A stretch of DNA of 64,000 nt from Lama guanicoe (Eukaryota), in contig MU053652.1 in the NCBI GenBank assembly GCA_013239625.1, positions 2,234,001-2,298,000 on the forward strand, written 5' to 3'. Made by a program: the position numbers and the translations under genes. Of the stretch, positions 50,161 to 63,450 are shown one piece after another; position 1 is the stretch's first letter; the number at the start of each line of letters is the position of its first letter. The notes beneath the pieces were generated by a model. That model had not been told where the DNA came from. It worked only from the letters and a program-made list of their open reading frames with translations, and did not search any database.

Positions 50161-51134
50161 TTAGAAGCTCAGCTTCTAAAGTTCCTTCTAGGTCCACTGT
50201 CTTTACCTTATGTTCTCTCTGACTTTTGTTTATGACACCAGGGCAAGACGAATGACAGTTCTGTGATGGAGGATCACTGTCATTAAGAGGTGGAGTGTGA
50301 CATAGTTAGACTAGTTCTGCTAGGGCCCAAATGAGCAACGGGAAAACCAGAACCATGACTGGGAAGAGAAAAGTATGGGTAAAAGGGCAAAGAAATAATC
50401 AAGCCAGAGCTAAAGGGGGGACTGTGGAGACTAGGGGCAGCTTTCTTTGAAAGCGGCCAGCAAGTCCTCATAAAACCTGGAAAAACAATGTCAGAAGCTG
50501 GTTGCCAGGACAGCTGCTTTTTTGAAGCCCTGTCACTAAAGCTGAAGGACGGTGGAACTGAGTCAGGAAGAAACTCCTTGAGTGAACACAGACGTTAGGG
50601 TCTAGGCTGGGACAAGTCTGGTCTCAGATGATAGAAAAGAGATATATTTATCCATCCACTTGCTCATTCACTCATTCAACACACGTCTATGGAGGGCTCA
50701 CTTCTCTAGGCCTTGTTCAAGTTGCTGGGGCTGCATCACTGAACAAGGTAGACAAAAATCTCTAGTTTACATTCCGGTGGGAGAGACAGACGGGTATTGA
50801 GAGGCCAAGGTCTTCAACTCGGACATATGTAGAGTCTTTATTTGCTCTAAGGATCAAGGAACCAATCTGTGCCTCGTGCTGGGTCCGCTGCTAGGCTCTC
50901 TGCTGACCGTAACTGGGCATGCGGACACATCGTAACATGTTATAGTCTGATGGCTCTCAAAGCACTAATCTCCTTTCATCCTCACACCACCCTACAAGCT
51001 CAGGAAGGTAAAGGGGCCTGCTCAGGCTCACCTCACTGAGCGTCTAGACTCCAACCGGAGTTATCTTGTAGTCCGGTGGTCTTCCAGTTATGTGCTTTCT
51101 TACTTAGGACAGCAGACGTCATTCTGTAGAACTA

Positions 51135-51506
51135 ACCTACATGCCCCCTACCAGAGTTTATAGTGGAAACAAGGACTGTGAAGAGGCAGGAACTGAGAGA
51201 CCCAGTTCTGTGCACATGTGACAGCAGCTGTTTCAAGTTTCCCAAGGCAGCACCAAGTGTTGGTGGCATCTGCAGGGCAGTCAGCAGTGGCAGTGCCCCG
51301 TGGCAGCAACAGTGGCATTTTGGCTGCCTTAACTCTTGTTGAACGATCTGGAACAGTGTTCCACGTGTGTAGCCCACAATCCAGGTACTCCAGGCCGCCT
51401 GAAGTTATTTTGAACAATCCAATGTTCATTTGAATAAATTCCTTTTGTGTTTAAATTAACCATATTTGATCCCTGTTGCCTAAAACTAAGAGCTGTGATT
51501 GCTACA
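51135..51506 (+). mobile_element. ERVL LTR (LTR33-like)
   Basis: 'ggcagcaacagtggc' motifs and a 3' end 'aataaattccttttgtgtttaaattaacc...ctgttgcctaaaactaagagc...gctaca'. Confidence 0.7.
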
Positions 51507-51977
51507 CTTACAAAATCTTTTGTCCCCTTTTACCTATAAGATAGGCTAATTTTTCTACAGTTAAAAAAAGTCCTTAGTGACTTAAAACAACATTTTCTGT
51601 CTTGATCACACCTCTTATGGATAAAGTTGGCTAGATTTTCCCAAGAGAAATTTTAAAATATTTTGAACTGAATGAAAATATACTAACTTATCAGAATTTG
51701 TAGGATGCAGCAACAGCAAGGTTTAGGAGGAAATCTGTAACACTGAATTATGTATATCAGAAGAGAATTAAGACCTAAAATCAATCACCAAGATTCCACC
51801 TTAAGAAATTCAAGAAAAGAGGTAACATCAACCTAAAAAAGCAGAATAAAAGAAATAATAAAAGAAAGGAGAGAAATCAATACAATTGAAAACAGGAAGT
51901 CAATAAAATCTAATAAAACCAAAAACTTATTTTTTTCAAAAGATCAATAAAATTGATAAACCTCTAGTCAGGCTAAT

Positions 51978-51978
<1 letters not shown>

Positions 51979-52009
<31 letters not shown>
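51979..52009 (+). repeat. Poly(A) tract (31 nt) inside L1
   Basis: Uninterrupted A run at an A-rich position of L1 ORF2. Confidence 0.95.
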
Positions 52010-52011
<2 letters not shown>

Positions 52012-52047
52012 AAGAACTCATAAATTACTAGTATCAGAAATGAAACA

Positions 52048-52212
52048 CTTGCAGCGAAAACAAAAATGTGACAATGAATATATGTATGTTCATGTATAAC
52101 TGAAAAACTGTGCTCTATACTGGAATTTGACACAACATTGTAAAATGACTATAACTTAATAAAAAAAGTTAAAAATTAATTAATTAATTAATTAATTAAA
52201 TGTCAAAAAAAG
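52048..52212 (+). mobile_element. Young lineage-specific L1 3' end nested in the older L1
   Basis: 'tgtataactgaaaaactgtgctctatactggaatttgacacaacattgtaaaatgactataact' plus an A/(TAAT)n tail. TSD agaaatgaaaca (52036-52047) / agaaatgataca (52213-52224). Confidence 0.88.
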
Positions 52213-55201
52213 AGAAATGATACAAGGGTTATCTTTACTGATTCTAATAACATTAAAACCATAATATGAACAATTCTTTGCCCACATATTTGATAACTTA
52301 CATGAAATGAACAGTTCCTTCAAAGATATAAACTACCAACACTTACACAAGGAGAAACAGATAACATGAACAGACCTATATATACCAAAGAAGCTGAATC
52401 AATAATCAATAACCTTCCAAAAAGGAAAGCACCAGAGCCAGATGGCTTCACTGCTGAATTCTACTGAACATATAAGGAAGAAATGATACCAATTCTCTAT
52501 AATCTCTTTCAAAAAATAAAAAAAGAGGGAGTATTTCCTAACTCACTCTATTAGGTCAACATTGCTCTAAAACCAAAACCAAATATAAACATTACACAAA
52601 ATGAAAATTAACATTACTCATAAACATAGATGCAAAAATACTAGAAAAACCATATCCAACAAAGCATAAAAAGAATTATACCCCACAATCAAATGGGATT
52701 TATTCCAGATATGCAAGGCTGGCTCAACATTCTAAAATAAATTAATGTAATCAACTAATGTAAACATCAACAGACTAAAGAAAAATTATATGGTCACACC
52801 AATAGGTGCAAAAAAAACCATTTAGCAAAATCCAACACCTATTCAGAATAGAAACCCTCAGCAAACTAAGAATAGATGTAAACTTCCTAAACTTGATAAA
52901 GAACATCTACAAACCCCTACAGTTAATATTATACCTAATGGTGAGAAACTAGATACTTTCCCCCTAAGATCAGAAACAAGGAAAGGATGTCTCCTCTCAC
53001 CACTCTATTCAACATCATACTAGAAGTCCTAGCGAATGAACTAAGACAAGGAAAGGACATCAAATTTATAGAGATAGGAAAGGGAGAAATAAAACTGTCT
53101 TTGTTTGCAGATGACATGACTATCTACGTAGAAAATTGCAAAGAATTAGAAAAAACAAGAAAGAAAAGAAAAGACCTCTGAAACTAACAAGCAACCACAG
53201 CAAGGTTTCAGGACACCAGGGTAATATAAAAAATTGTTTTCCTATAGACCAGCAGTGAATAATTCGAATTTGAAATTAAAAACACAATACCATCCAAATG
53301 AGCACCAAAAAATTGAAATACTTAGGTATAAATCTAACAAAATAAGCACAAAATCAGGTGAAATAAATTAAGTATCTAAACAAACAGAGAAATAGTCCAT
53401 GTTCATGAATAGGAAGACTCAATACTGTTAAGATGTCAATTTTCCCAACTTGATCACAGATTTAATGTAATCCTAATAATAATTCTAGCAAGTTATTTTA
53501 TGAATATCAACAAAGTAATTGTCAAAAAGTGATTCTAAAGTTTATACAGAGAGGCAAAAGACACAGAATAGCCAACACAATACTGAAAAAGAACAACAAA
53601 GTGAAAAAACTGATATTACCTGACTTCAAGACTATTCTAAAGGTACAGTAATTAAGACAGTGTGGTACTGGAGGAAAAACAGACAAATAAACCGATGAAA
53701 TGTAACAGAGTTCAGAAACAGACCCACACAAACACAGGCCACTGGTCTTTGAAAAAGGAGTATCAGAAATTCAATGAAGAAATGATAGTCTTTTCAACAA
53801 ATGACACTGGAACAATTAGACATTCTTATGCAAAAATTTAATATAGATACAGACCTTTTATCTTTCACAAAAACTAACTGAAAATGGATCATATATCTAA
53901 ATGTAAAAGGCAAAACTATGAAACTTCTAGAAGATAACAGAAGATAATCTAGGCTACCTTGGATTTGGAGATAAGCTTTCAGAAACAATGCAAAAAGTGC
54001 AATACATGAAAGAAAAATAATGGATAAGTTGGACTCTGTTAATATTAAGAACTTCTGATCTGCAAAAGACACTGTTAAGAAACAAAAATACAAGCCACAG
54101 ATGGGGAGAATATATTTGCAAAACACCATCTGATAAAGGCCTTGTAACCCAAATGGGAAAGGAGCTCTTAAAAATCAACAGTAAGAAAACAAAAAACCCA
54201 ATTTAAAAATGGGTGAAGGATATAAACAGACATTTCACCAAAGAAGATACACAGATGACAAACAAGCATATGAATAGATTTGCAACATCATATGTCATAG
54301 GGAACTGCAAGTTAAAACAATAATGAGATACCACTACACACCTACTACAATGGCTAAAATCTAAAGGAAACTTGACAACACCAAATGCTGGAAAGGATGC
54401 AGAGCAACAGGAACTCTCATTCATTGCTGGTGGGAATGCAAAATGGTACAGCCACTTTGATTGACAGTTTAGCAGTTTCTTACAGAGCTAAACATAGTTT
54501 TACCATATGCTCTGGCAACTGCACTCCTAGGTATTTACCCTACTGAATTGAAAACGTACGACCGCACAGAATTAGCACAAGAATGTTTACGGCAGCTTTA
54601 TTTACAATTGCCAAAAATTGAAAGCAACCACAATATTCCTCAATACATGAATGGATAAGCAAACTGCATCCCATATGATGGAATATTATTCAGTAAAAAA
54701 AATGAGTAAGTTATAAAGCCATTAAGATACATGAAGGAAAGTCAAATGCATATTGCTAAGTGAAAGAAGTGAGTCTGAAAAGGCTGCATACTATATGATT
54801 CCACCTGTATGACATTCTGGAAAAGGAAAAACCATAGAGACATTAAAAAATATCAAGGATTGCCAGGGTTCAAGGGAAGGGAGGCAAGATAAACCATCGC
54901 ATAGGGTTTCTAGGGCAGTGAAACTGTTCTGTAGGATAGTGTAATGATGGATACATGACATGCATTTGTCAAAACCCATAAAACCGTATAGTACAAAGAG
55001 TGAAGCAATGTAAACTATGGGTGTCAGTTAATAATAATATATTGATATTGCTTTGTTAATTGTAACAAATATACCACACTAATGCATGATTTAATAATAG
55101 AGGAAACCATGAGGAGGGAGGTACATGAAACTCTCTGAACTGGCTGCTCAATGCTGGAAATCAAAAACCACGCTAAAAAATAAAGTCAACTGATTTTTTT
55201 T

Positions 55202-55530
55202 AAGTACCTTAGCGGCTAAAACAACAATGGTTCCTTTCTTGCTCACACTTCAAGTCAACATCAGATTAGCTGCCATTTCCTCACTGGGGACAGCCCATTT
55301 GGTGGAACCTGCCCATCATGAGTATCACCAGGCACCATGGCAGAAATAACGCAGAAAATCATGCAATGGCTTTCAAGGCTTTGCCCAGAATGGGTGCATT
55401 CATTCTGCTCACATTTCACTGTGCTCAAGTCACTTTGTTACAGCTACCATCAAGGGGTGGGTAATAAACTCTTACTATGTGCCCAGAAAAAGAAAACTCA
55501 GGATGCCAGTCATTAGTCCTACTGACCACC
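55202..55530 (-). mobile_element. Old MLT1 LTR (its other end lies at about 51540-51611, split by the L1)
   Basis: 'cttagcggctaaaacaaca...ttgctcac', 'ttctgctcacatttcactg', 'aaggggtgggt...cttactatgtgcccagaa'. Confidence 0.7.
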
Positions 55531-56084
55531 GCTCCCTGCTGCCTAGATCCTGACCCCTAGCCCAACGTCCTCAAAAGGACACAGGCAAGACCCTTGTGCA
55601 CAGGGAACTTCAGGCCAGTGTATGAGGAAGCACCGGCTGCCCTGAGACAGAGGCTCTGTCAGTGCACTAATCCCTACTGGTGGCATCGCTCTGCTTCAGT
55701 CAAGCTCCACCTGCTTAATAGCTTCTTCACTCAGAAATCCCTCCTGAAAAGCCTAGGTCTTTTACGAAGACCTCCCTCAGCCTCATACCCTCTGCATGAA
55801 TTTGCAAGAGGGGAAAAGTCCAAATAGAGACAGAAAGGAGGCTGAGAAAAGTGTGTCTTTCAAAAAGCCTTTGTAGGTAAAAAGATCAAGGACCTTGGCA
55901 CCAGACTTCGCTCCACTGAGTATTGCTCAGCAAGCTGCTTGACCTGTCTCTTCACCTGCTGCCACCAAAGCAGATGGCAGGCTACGAAAGGACACATTAG
56001 TTGTAAAGAATTATAAAGTTTTGTTCTGTGCATGGTGGCCAAGAATGCCTTAAGCATTCTAAAGCTAAGTGGAAGAAAGGGTAT

Positions 56085-56520
56085 TACTAAGGACTATTGG
56101 ATGTGTGTGTGACAAAAATTTAATTCCAACCACTTGAAATGAAAAAAAGAATGAGCTGGTCTGTATAACCAAAAAGTCCAAAGGGCAGGTCTCATTTCAA
56201 GAAATGTCTAGATTCAGGGACTGATTTAAACAATGTCATCAGATTTCTCTCCCTCTGTCCCTCTTGACTTTGCTTTTCTGTGTTGATTTCATACTTAGGT
56301 AATTACAAAATTGACCACATGCACCTCTAAACTTGGGGAATTCAATTTGTCTCAGACAGCTCTTGCAGGAAAAGAGAAACAGAGACAGAGACAGAGAGAC
56401 AGAGAGAATACTTCTGCCACTGGCGAAAGTACCAGAAGAGTGCTGACTGAATAAGCCTAGGTCGTGTGGCCATCCTTGAACCAATCACCATGGCAAATAT
56501 ATTCTAAACTCACTGGACAG
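56085..56520 (-). mobile_element. Old MLT1 LTR (MLT1K/L/N-like) with internal (GAGACA)n
   Basis: 'ataaccaaaaagtccaaagggcagg...ctagattcaggg...gcctaggtcgtgtggccatccttgaaccaatcaccatggc'. Confidence 0.7.
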
Positions 56521-57839
56521 ACACGGAATAGACTTCTTGATAGAAAAAGATTTCTGTTTCCGTTGGAGAGGAGAAGGGGAAGAGATGATGGCTACAGCTA
56601 CCAGAGCCTATCACAGTGGGGAGACAGATTCAAGAAACAAACACACGCACACTCAGACAGCCCTTCCATCCTCAAACTGCCCACTTTGAAAATGGGTGAT
56701 TGCTTCAGGATCATCTAAGAAGGAAGAAGATAGGATCATTCCTCCAGAGCTGCAGCCCAGCTCCCATCCTCCATGAGGGTGGAACTAGCTATGGACACTC
56801 TTACTAGCCCTTCCTTGGTTGAACACTTCTGCAGTATACACACCCACCCTATGTGCCAAGAACCTATGAATATTTTGAGGAGAGGCTGGTCTCTATTTCT
56901 CTTTGCATCCCATCAGATAGCCCAGGAGTAGTTGTTCAACCAGTGTCTAATAGATGCCTGGATCTATGGATCCATGGATAGACAGAATAAGGAGTTCCTT
57001 AAGAAAGTAGAAAACATGGCCCCTGACTCCAGGATTTTTTTTACTTTGTCAAGGACAATGAGAATACCTTTTAACATAACAGAACAGATTTACAAATTAA
57101 AGTAGCAACAAGTGTAAGTTAACTCCACATGACTTGAATTGGAGAGTGATCAGAGGATGCCAAGTAACAGAGTAAACAAAGTCAGGTTTGCACAGATATG
57201 GAGTTCACTCAGAGACAGCTTTTACTTCTTGTTTTTTGTGCTCAAAACTTAATCACGCTCAGTAATGTGATCCTCAAATGAGAGGGACACATGGTGGATG
57301 CAGAGAGCAGCTTGGATTGGAAGAGCCCGTGGCGCTTTGATTAGTACAGAGGAATAAGCCCTCAGGTTTTAATTCCGACCCATGTCTAGAAAAGTCTATG
57401 GCTGCCTCCCTTCCTTGGCCACCGGTGTCCCACTCCTCTCAACCGCCTTCCATCTGGGATGAGGGAACTTCTCCATTTATAGAGAGCAGAAGTCCCTCCA
57501 ATCCTTCCTCCTCTGACATATGCATTCTGCACATTTGCATGGTAATGTCTTATGCCATTAGTGAGTAACGTGCTGAATAATTAGGCTATGAAAATCTAAC
57601 GGCAGGGATTTTTGTTTTATTAGCAATTTTCCATCCTATTGTGTTAATTTCATCTCATGTCAGCCGGCTCTCTGAGTAAACAATGATCACAGGCAGACAT
57701 CATTTCCCAGCACATTGTGCTGCTGTGGGTGACTTAACAGACCAGAAGATGGCTTAAGTTGCCTTTTGTCTTGCAGTCTCTGCCTTCTGTTGATGTCACA
57801 ATATCTGTAGTCCCTGGTTTCTTAAGGCCCTGGAATATT

Positions 57840-58215
57840 CATCTCCTTTTTGTCTGTGTGTCTGCCTCTGCCTGTCTGTTCTCGGTCTATCTCCATGTCC
57901 ATCCTTGTTTTGCCTCCTCCTCCTCCTTCTGCCATCTCCTCTCCCATACTTCTATACACCTACCTGTAATGGTATTTCACTTGTCCAGGTTCTTAGTCTA
58001 TTCAAAGAGTTTTCACATCCATCGTGCATTCTCTCCCTCCCCCTTGATTTTTTTCACATACCTTTCATGTCTTTCACTTTCCTCCCCAATTCACCTGCTA
58101 TCTTCTCATCACTCCCTCTCCCCCACTCCTTCCACTCCTCGTTCCACCTAGCTCGAAATGCTATCTCTCAGCTTCTCACCCCCTCCCCAATTCATTCTCT
58201 CCTTCCTGCTCACTG
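57840..58215 (+). repeat. CT-rich low-complexity tract
   Basis: About 370 bp strongly enriched in C and T on the plus strand, with very few G. Confidence 0.7.
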
Positions 58216-59964
58216 AGATTCCTGGCTGACAGATGATTAATATTTGGCCCAGCCATGTTGGAAAGTTTAATGCTTTTTCTGTGATATCCCCACAGTCATC
58301 AAACATCTGCAAGTTTCTCCCAGAGCTGAGAGAAAGTTCTGTTACTTAGGGACGTCATTGCTGTCTAAGTAACAAAAGCAGCTGCCAAGTCCTTGAGAAA
58401 GATGGTGGAGAAAGATAATGGCAGCATTTACCTGGGTCACCATGTGGGACAGATCTGGTGGGGGGGGTGCTGATCAGTGGCCCTTCTTCCATTCTGTTTC
58501 TTTCTCTCTGACTCCAGCAGAGTATAAATCTGGATTCCTCCAAGGCAGGACAGTGCTTACTGGCTCTACTCAAATATCCAGGCCAAGGAACTAAAACAAT
58601 GAGGTAATATCTATTTTTAAAAAGATATGGCTAAATCTCAATCACTCAAGTGCCAGATCTATGTATCCACAGAAGACCAATAACCCAGCAGGCTGCCATC
58701 TGAGGCAGCAGTTTGGGACAACCCAAAGTAATTTCATGGTTTTCAAAATTAACCCACAAAATGCAACACAGTTACTCTCCCTGCTAAGGAACATAAATAC
58801 TATCCTTTTTATTTTACCCACGTTTGAATCCTCATCATTCAGCCACATTTCTCTACCCTGCCTCTATAATGCCCCATACATATATGCCCATTTGGCTTCT
58901 TAAAAGAAAAACTGACTTAATAGATAAGATTTTAACCCTACAAAGCCTAGCATGACTCTTGTGCAAAAGAGATCCAGAAAAGTTACAAGGAGCTTTTAAA
59001 AGCACAAAGATCAAAAAAGATCTGATATTTTTGTGAACCTATCATATGCCCAGAATTATGCAGTGGAAATACAAAAGAAATGAAGAATAACTTCTGTGGC
59101 CTCAAGAAAATGTCAATTAGACAATAGACTAAGAATAGGTGACTACTGAATTGTGCAAAATAAGCTACACATGTAACTGTACTTCAAAAGAGAAATAGTT
59201 AATGTGGTTTCAGGAAGTCAACGGTGATTTAAGTCAGGTTTTAAACATTCCTGGATGGAGAAACCAAACAATCAAAACACAAAGGTGGAAATGTACATGG
59301 TCTGGGGTCAAAGAAAAGGCAGCTTTGCTGATGCCAACAGTTATCACTACTGAGCAACAGGACGCTGGTGGTGCTCCCAGCTGTGAGCTTGACACAGCCA
59401 CTTAGCAAACATCACCACAGGCCTGGACCACTAAGCCCATTATGTTTAGTTCACTGCAGACCAATCTCAGAATCAGAATGAGCCACCCCTCACTCCTGCC
59501 ACACCTTCCTTCTTTCAGCTCTCACCACCTGTCCACATCAATATCCTGCGCCAGGCACCCCCCTACGCTGATCGCTGCCCCAGCTAAAATCATCAGCCAC
59601 AGATGACTTCTCCCTGTGCTCCGCACATCAGCATTCAGCACCACGGCCAGCGCCTGAGGCAGCTGAAGGGAGAGAAACTCAGGAGGGGCAGCCAGGAAAA
59701 CACAATTATTCTCTCCTAGTCAGCCATGGAGCCCCTGGTTCTTATTTTTGTTTCTGATGCTTCTTCCCTGGTCCACAGAGGACCACTGTGTCTGGGTGTC
59801 CATAAATATTGACTGTGTTACGCTAACATATTCACTGATAAACCAGCAGAGGAAGAAAAGGAAAAGCTACGTATATACATAGCTCCCTCCCCTCTCTAAG
59901 AAGGTGATTGCATTTGACAACAGCTGAAAACTCCTCTCCACCCTCTTCCACTTGGTGACTAAGG

Positions 59965-60190
59965 GAGCAGGCCCTGGAGTCAAGCTGTCTGGACTGAGCT
60001 CCCCACACAGTAGCTGTGTAACCCTGGGGAAGTTCTATAACCTCCCTCACCGGCAAAGTGGAGAAGACAATAGTCCCTACCTCACTGGATTAGTGAGAGC
60101 TAAAAAACAGGGTGTCTACAAACCGCTTAGCAGAGCACTGGGAACTCAGAAGTGGCTTTGTTGCTATTATTGCTACTCTTATTACTATTA
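59965..60190 (+). mobile_element. MIR SINE
   Basis: 'ggccctggagtcaag...tagctgtgtaaccctggggaagtt...aatagtccctacctcac...cttagcagagcactgg'. Confidence 0.85.
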
Positions 60191-60673
60191 TCTGTTGGCC
60201 TCCTTGCTGCTGGTTTAGCATCCTCCTGCCTCAGAGCCCTTTCATTTGTTATTTCCTACGATTAGAAACTTCCTCCCAAAATCTCCTCTACTCCCCAAGT
60301 CAGTAGAAGACCAGAAAATAATGAATTGAGAGCCAACCTTTCAATCTACTTCATTAGAACAACCCATAAGCTGACATGGTGTTCAGACACAGCCCTCCCA
60401 AGAGGGAGGTCCCCTTACCTTGGGTAACAGTTCCTGATCTCCCCCATGCACACCCAGAGACCAGCCTAGGACTGGGGGGAGACTGCAGAAGGCTGGCAAA
60501 GCCCTAAGGAGGTCCCAGGAGGCACAGTTAAGAATCCTGCCTCGCATGGGTCTGCCTGGCTTTGGACCTTTGACATGGGGACATAGCTAAAGCTAGACAG
60601 GGCTCAGCACAGAGAAGGCTGAACCAGCAGAGTTCTGATATTTCAGGGTTCATCCCAGCTTCTTTTCCTACAG

Positions 60674-60872
60674 CAAAGTGTCTCCATGAACCACCATGTC
60701 CATGAACCTCGGTGCTGCCCTCTGCTCTGAGGAGGGACCGTGGATGTAAGACCCATGGCCTCCCTCAGCCAGCAGGTTATCAGTGTGGAAGGCATACAAC
60801 GGGATCACTCTGAATCTCCTGCAAAGGAATTTGCTTCCCAAACGGCCACAGTCTTCGATCAAACCTGTTTAT
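60674..60872 (+). other. Candidate spliced exon (199 nt; one stop in the phase-0 frame)
   Basis: Acceptor 'cttcttttcctacAG' and donor 'AT|GTAAGT' in non-repeat DNA with CpG above background. Confidence 0.45.
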
Positions 60873-61324
60873 GTAAGTCCTCGTCTCAGAGCCAAGATGA
60901 GGGAGGAGATGGGCCTGACCTCCTCACAGGGAGGGACTGTCGTAGTGAAGAAGGGGCTCAATGGGGACAGAAGAGTCCAAGCTGGGGCTGTTACAGCCAA
61001 CCTGGCAGGTACTTTTTCCAAAAGCTGAGCTTAGGGGATGAGATAAGAACACTGAGACAGGACAGTTCAGAGAATAGATGAAGGACAGAAGCCCTGGTTC
61101 TGCTATAGGAGGGCCTTTAAAACCGAGCTCAATCGGGAGAACCTGAGTCCTGTGAAGAGCAGGAAGACAGAGTCACAACCCAGATCCCTCCCCACCATGC
61201 CTGGCACAAAGGACACCTTCCACTAATGAGGAATTCGGAGAACCCCTCCTCCATGGTCCCAAAGCCGGGGGCTCCACATCACACAAAGAAATGGCATGCC
61301 ATGATTTGTACAGCACCAACTGGA

Positions 61325-61432
61325 CAGCCTGTTTAAAATCCTGAATCAGAAGTTCTGGGATGGGCCCAGGAATGTGCATTTTGACCCTGCTCAGACAATT
61401 CCCATGTACCCTGAGTTTTGGAAGCATTGCCA
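61325..61432. mobile_element. MER5A fragment
   Basis: 'ctgaatcagaagttctgggatgggcccaggaatgtgcatttt'. Confidence 0.75.
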
Positions 61433-61483
61433 TAAATGGCTGGCTCTATTGAAGCAGAACAATTCAAATCACTCTGGGAAACC

Positions 61484-61540
61484 TTTTTTTTCCTCTTTTG
61501 TTTAATTTTTTTTATTGAAGTACAGCCAATTACAGTGTGT
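61484..61540 (-). mobile_element. Very short young L1 3' end
   Basis: Poly-T followed by 'attgaagtacagccaattacagtgtgt', an antisense artiodactyl L1 terminus. Confidence 0.55.
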
Positions 61541-63450
61541 ATGTATGTATATGCAAGACTGGGACATTGAGCCATACACCAGAAATCGACTCTAGGAATC
61601 TTTTTGTGAGGCCTTCCATGCTCTGGACTCTGTGCTAGCAGCTGACTTTCTTTATATACGCAGTTTTGGGAGCTGGGGGGGATGACTTGTGTGGTCTCTA
61701 TTCATACATCGGTAGAAGTGGACCCAAGGGAAGGCTGGACACATCGGTGGAGAAGCTTCACGGATTAGGGCAAAAGAAGGGAAAAGCTGTTGCTTAATCC
61801 AGCAGAGCCACCTCCAGAGTTAGAAACTGAGTGAGTAAAGTGTGAGGCCTTGGCCTTTGCATCAGACTGGAGCTCATCCTAAGTGCACTGTGGGGGCGGC
61901 AGATGGGTGAGAGGAAGAAGCCAGGTCACCCTGGGAAACTGGTACTAACCCACTCCCACATCTCACCACATTCATCACTTTCACGTTTATCTCTCTCTTC
62001 CTTCCTACTCAACTATTTACAGATTCCTGGAAGCACAGACACTCGTGTAGAGAAGGAACTTCAGAGGTCACCCAGCTCAGGCCCCACTCAATATAGTCCT
62101 GTTGTTCGTCTCTCTGCTGTCTTCTTCTCCCTGCTAAATTGTGAGGTCTGCCCACGGTCATCCAAAAAAGGCACACACTTGTCTGCGTTACTTGGCAGCT
62201 AAAAGGTTGTTGATTTATATTCCAGAGCCAGTAATAGCCTCAGTGAGAATCTCGTATATCCAAAATCTGGCACCTAAATGGCTGGTAGAGCTTCCTCCAC
62301 TTCCCCAGGAAGGACTAACAAGACACTGTGGAAGCCCAGCCTCCCCCAGAGAATGCTGGGGGCATATTATGTTCCCTTACGCAATTTTGATGTCCTTCTA
62401 TCTTGCTTTCAAACGTTGCTTCCCAAAAGGCCCTAATACTAGAAGTAGAGTCGCTTCTGACTTCAGCTCATCACTTCTAAACACCCTCAGGAATCACAGA
62501 AAAGTCACTATTCATGTGCCTGTTGAGGGGAGGAGCATGGAGAGGGAGTGGTCAAAGATCAAAGCCCAGCCATCTCATCAACCTTGACCTTCATCACTGC
62601 AGATATGTCTGATGCCCAAGTCATGTGCTCTTTTGTTCAGAGCACCCACTCACCAAGGGCAGGGCCATGTCTATTTAGGCCATGGTTGGATCCTTCACAA
62701 ACACTCAATGGCGACAAGAGGCAAGAGTCTGAGAGGCAAAACTTGGAAGTTGGGCTCAGCAAACAGTGCAGAAGCCATAGTTTAGACCAATTTCCCACCT
62801 AAGCCACAGAATAAAGACTAGGGGCCACCAAAATGGCTTCCACCAATCTCACAGATGACATCATCCAGCACCATCAGCAACCACTATGAGTACAAGCCAT
62901 CTGCTGTGCATGCTAAGCAGTCCTGGTGACACAGGGTCTCTTAAAAGAAGCTTAAGTTCAAGATCCTATTGAGTTACGGAATTTCAATGAAGGAGCAATG
63001 CCTTGGAACCAGAAACCTGATTTAGCCATTAACATGCTGTGATCTCCCTAGACTCTGTGTCTGAATCTGAAAAACAGGGGGCTTGGTAGTGAGGATAAAC
63101 AAAGTCATGCCTTCACTACCATCAGAGTTCCCTGAAGAAAGTGTGACCTGCATGCAAAGTTGTGTTCTTAATGACATACTCAGGTGCTTCCTAAAGTTTG
63201 GAACTAGTATTAAAGAATAATGGCTAGCTGTTTCATCTCCTCAGGACTACATCAAGCAGAATGTCCTGGCATTAAAGAAATGACCTGCTCCCATCTTTTT
63301 CTGGATTTTCACCATTTGCATTGGCTTCCCAATGGCAGGAAATATTGCTAAATTAGTTGGTCCCGAGGATATAAACTGACTTCCCAGATTGGTGATGCTT
63401 ACTTGCTCACTCCTCTCACTCTCTCTCCCACTCCTCCCTCCACTTTGTAG

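Larger units (their letters stand above)
51615..55200 (+). mobile_element. L1 (L1MC-type), about 3.6 kb of decayed ORF2 and 3'UTR
   Basis: ORF 52987-53181 '[15 protein letters not shown]...[17 protein letters not shown]' is the L1 RT core. The 3'UTR 'atgtaaactatgg...aattgtaacaaatataccacactaatgca' is L1MC-type. Many stops and frameshifts. Confidence 0.95.

Noticed and set aside
52987..53181. Reverse transcriptase ORF as a novel retro-system
   Set aside because: Ordinary decayed L1 ORF2 (FADDM motif), surrounded by stops and frameshifts.
57759..58216. Overlapping 130-aa and 103-aa ORFs
   Set aside because: Products of a CT-rich low-complexity tract that lacks stop codons.
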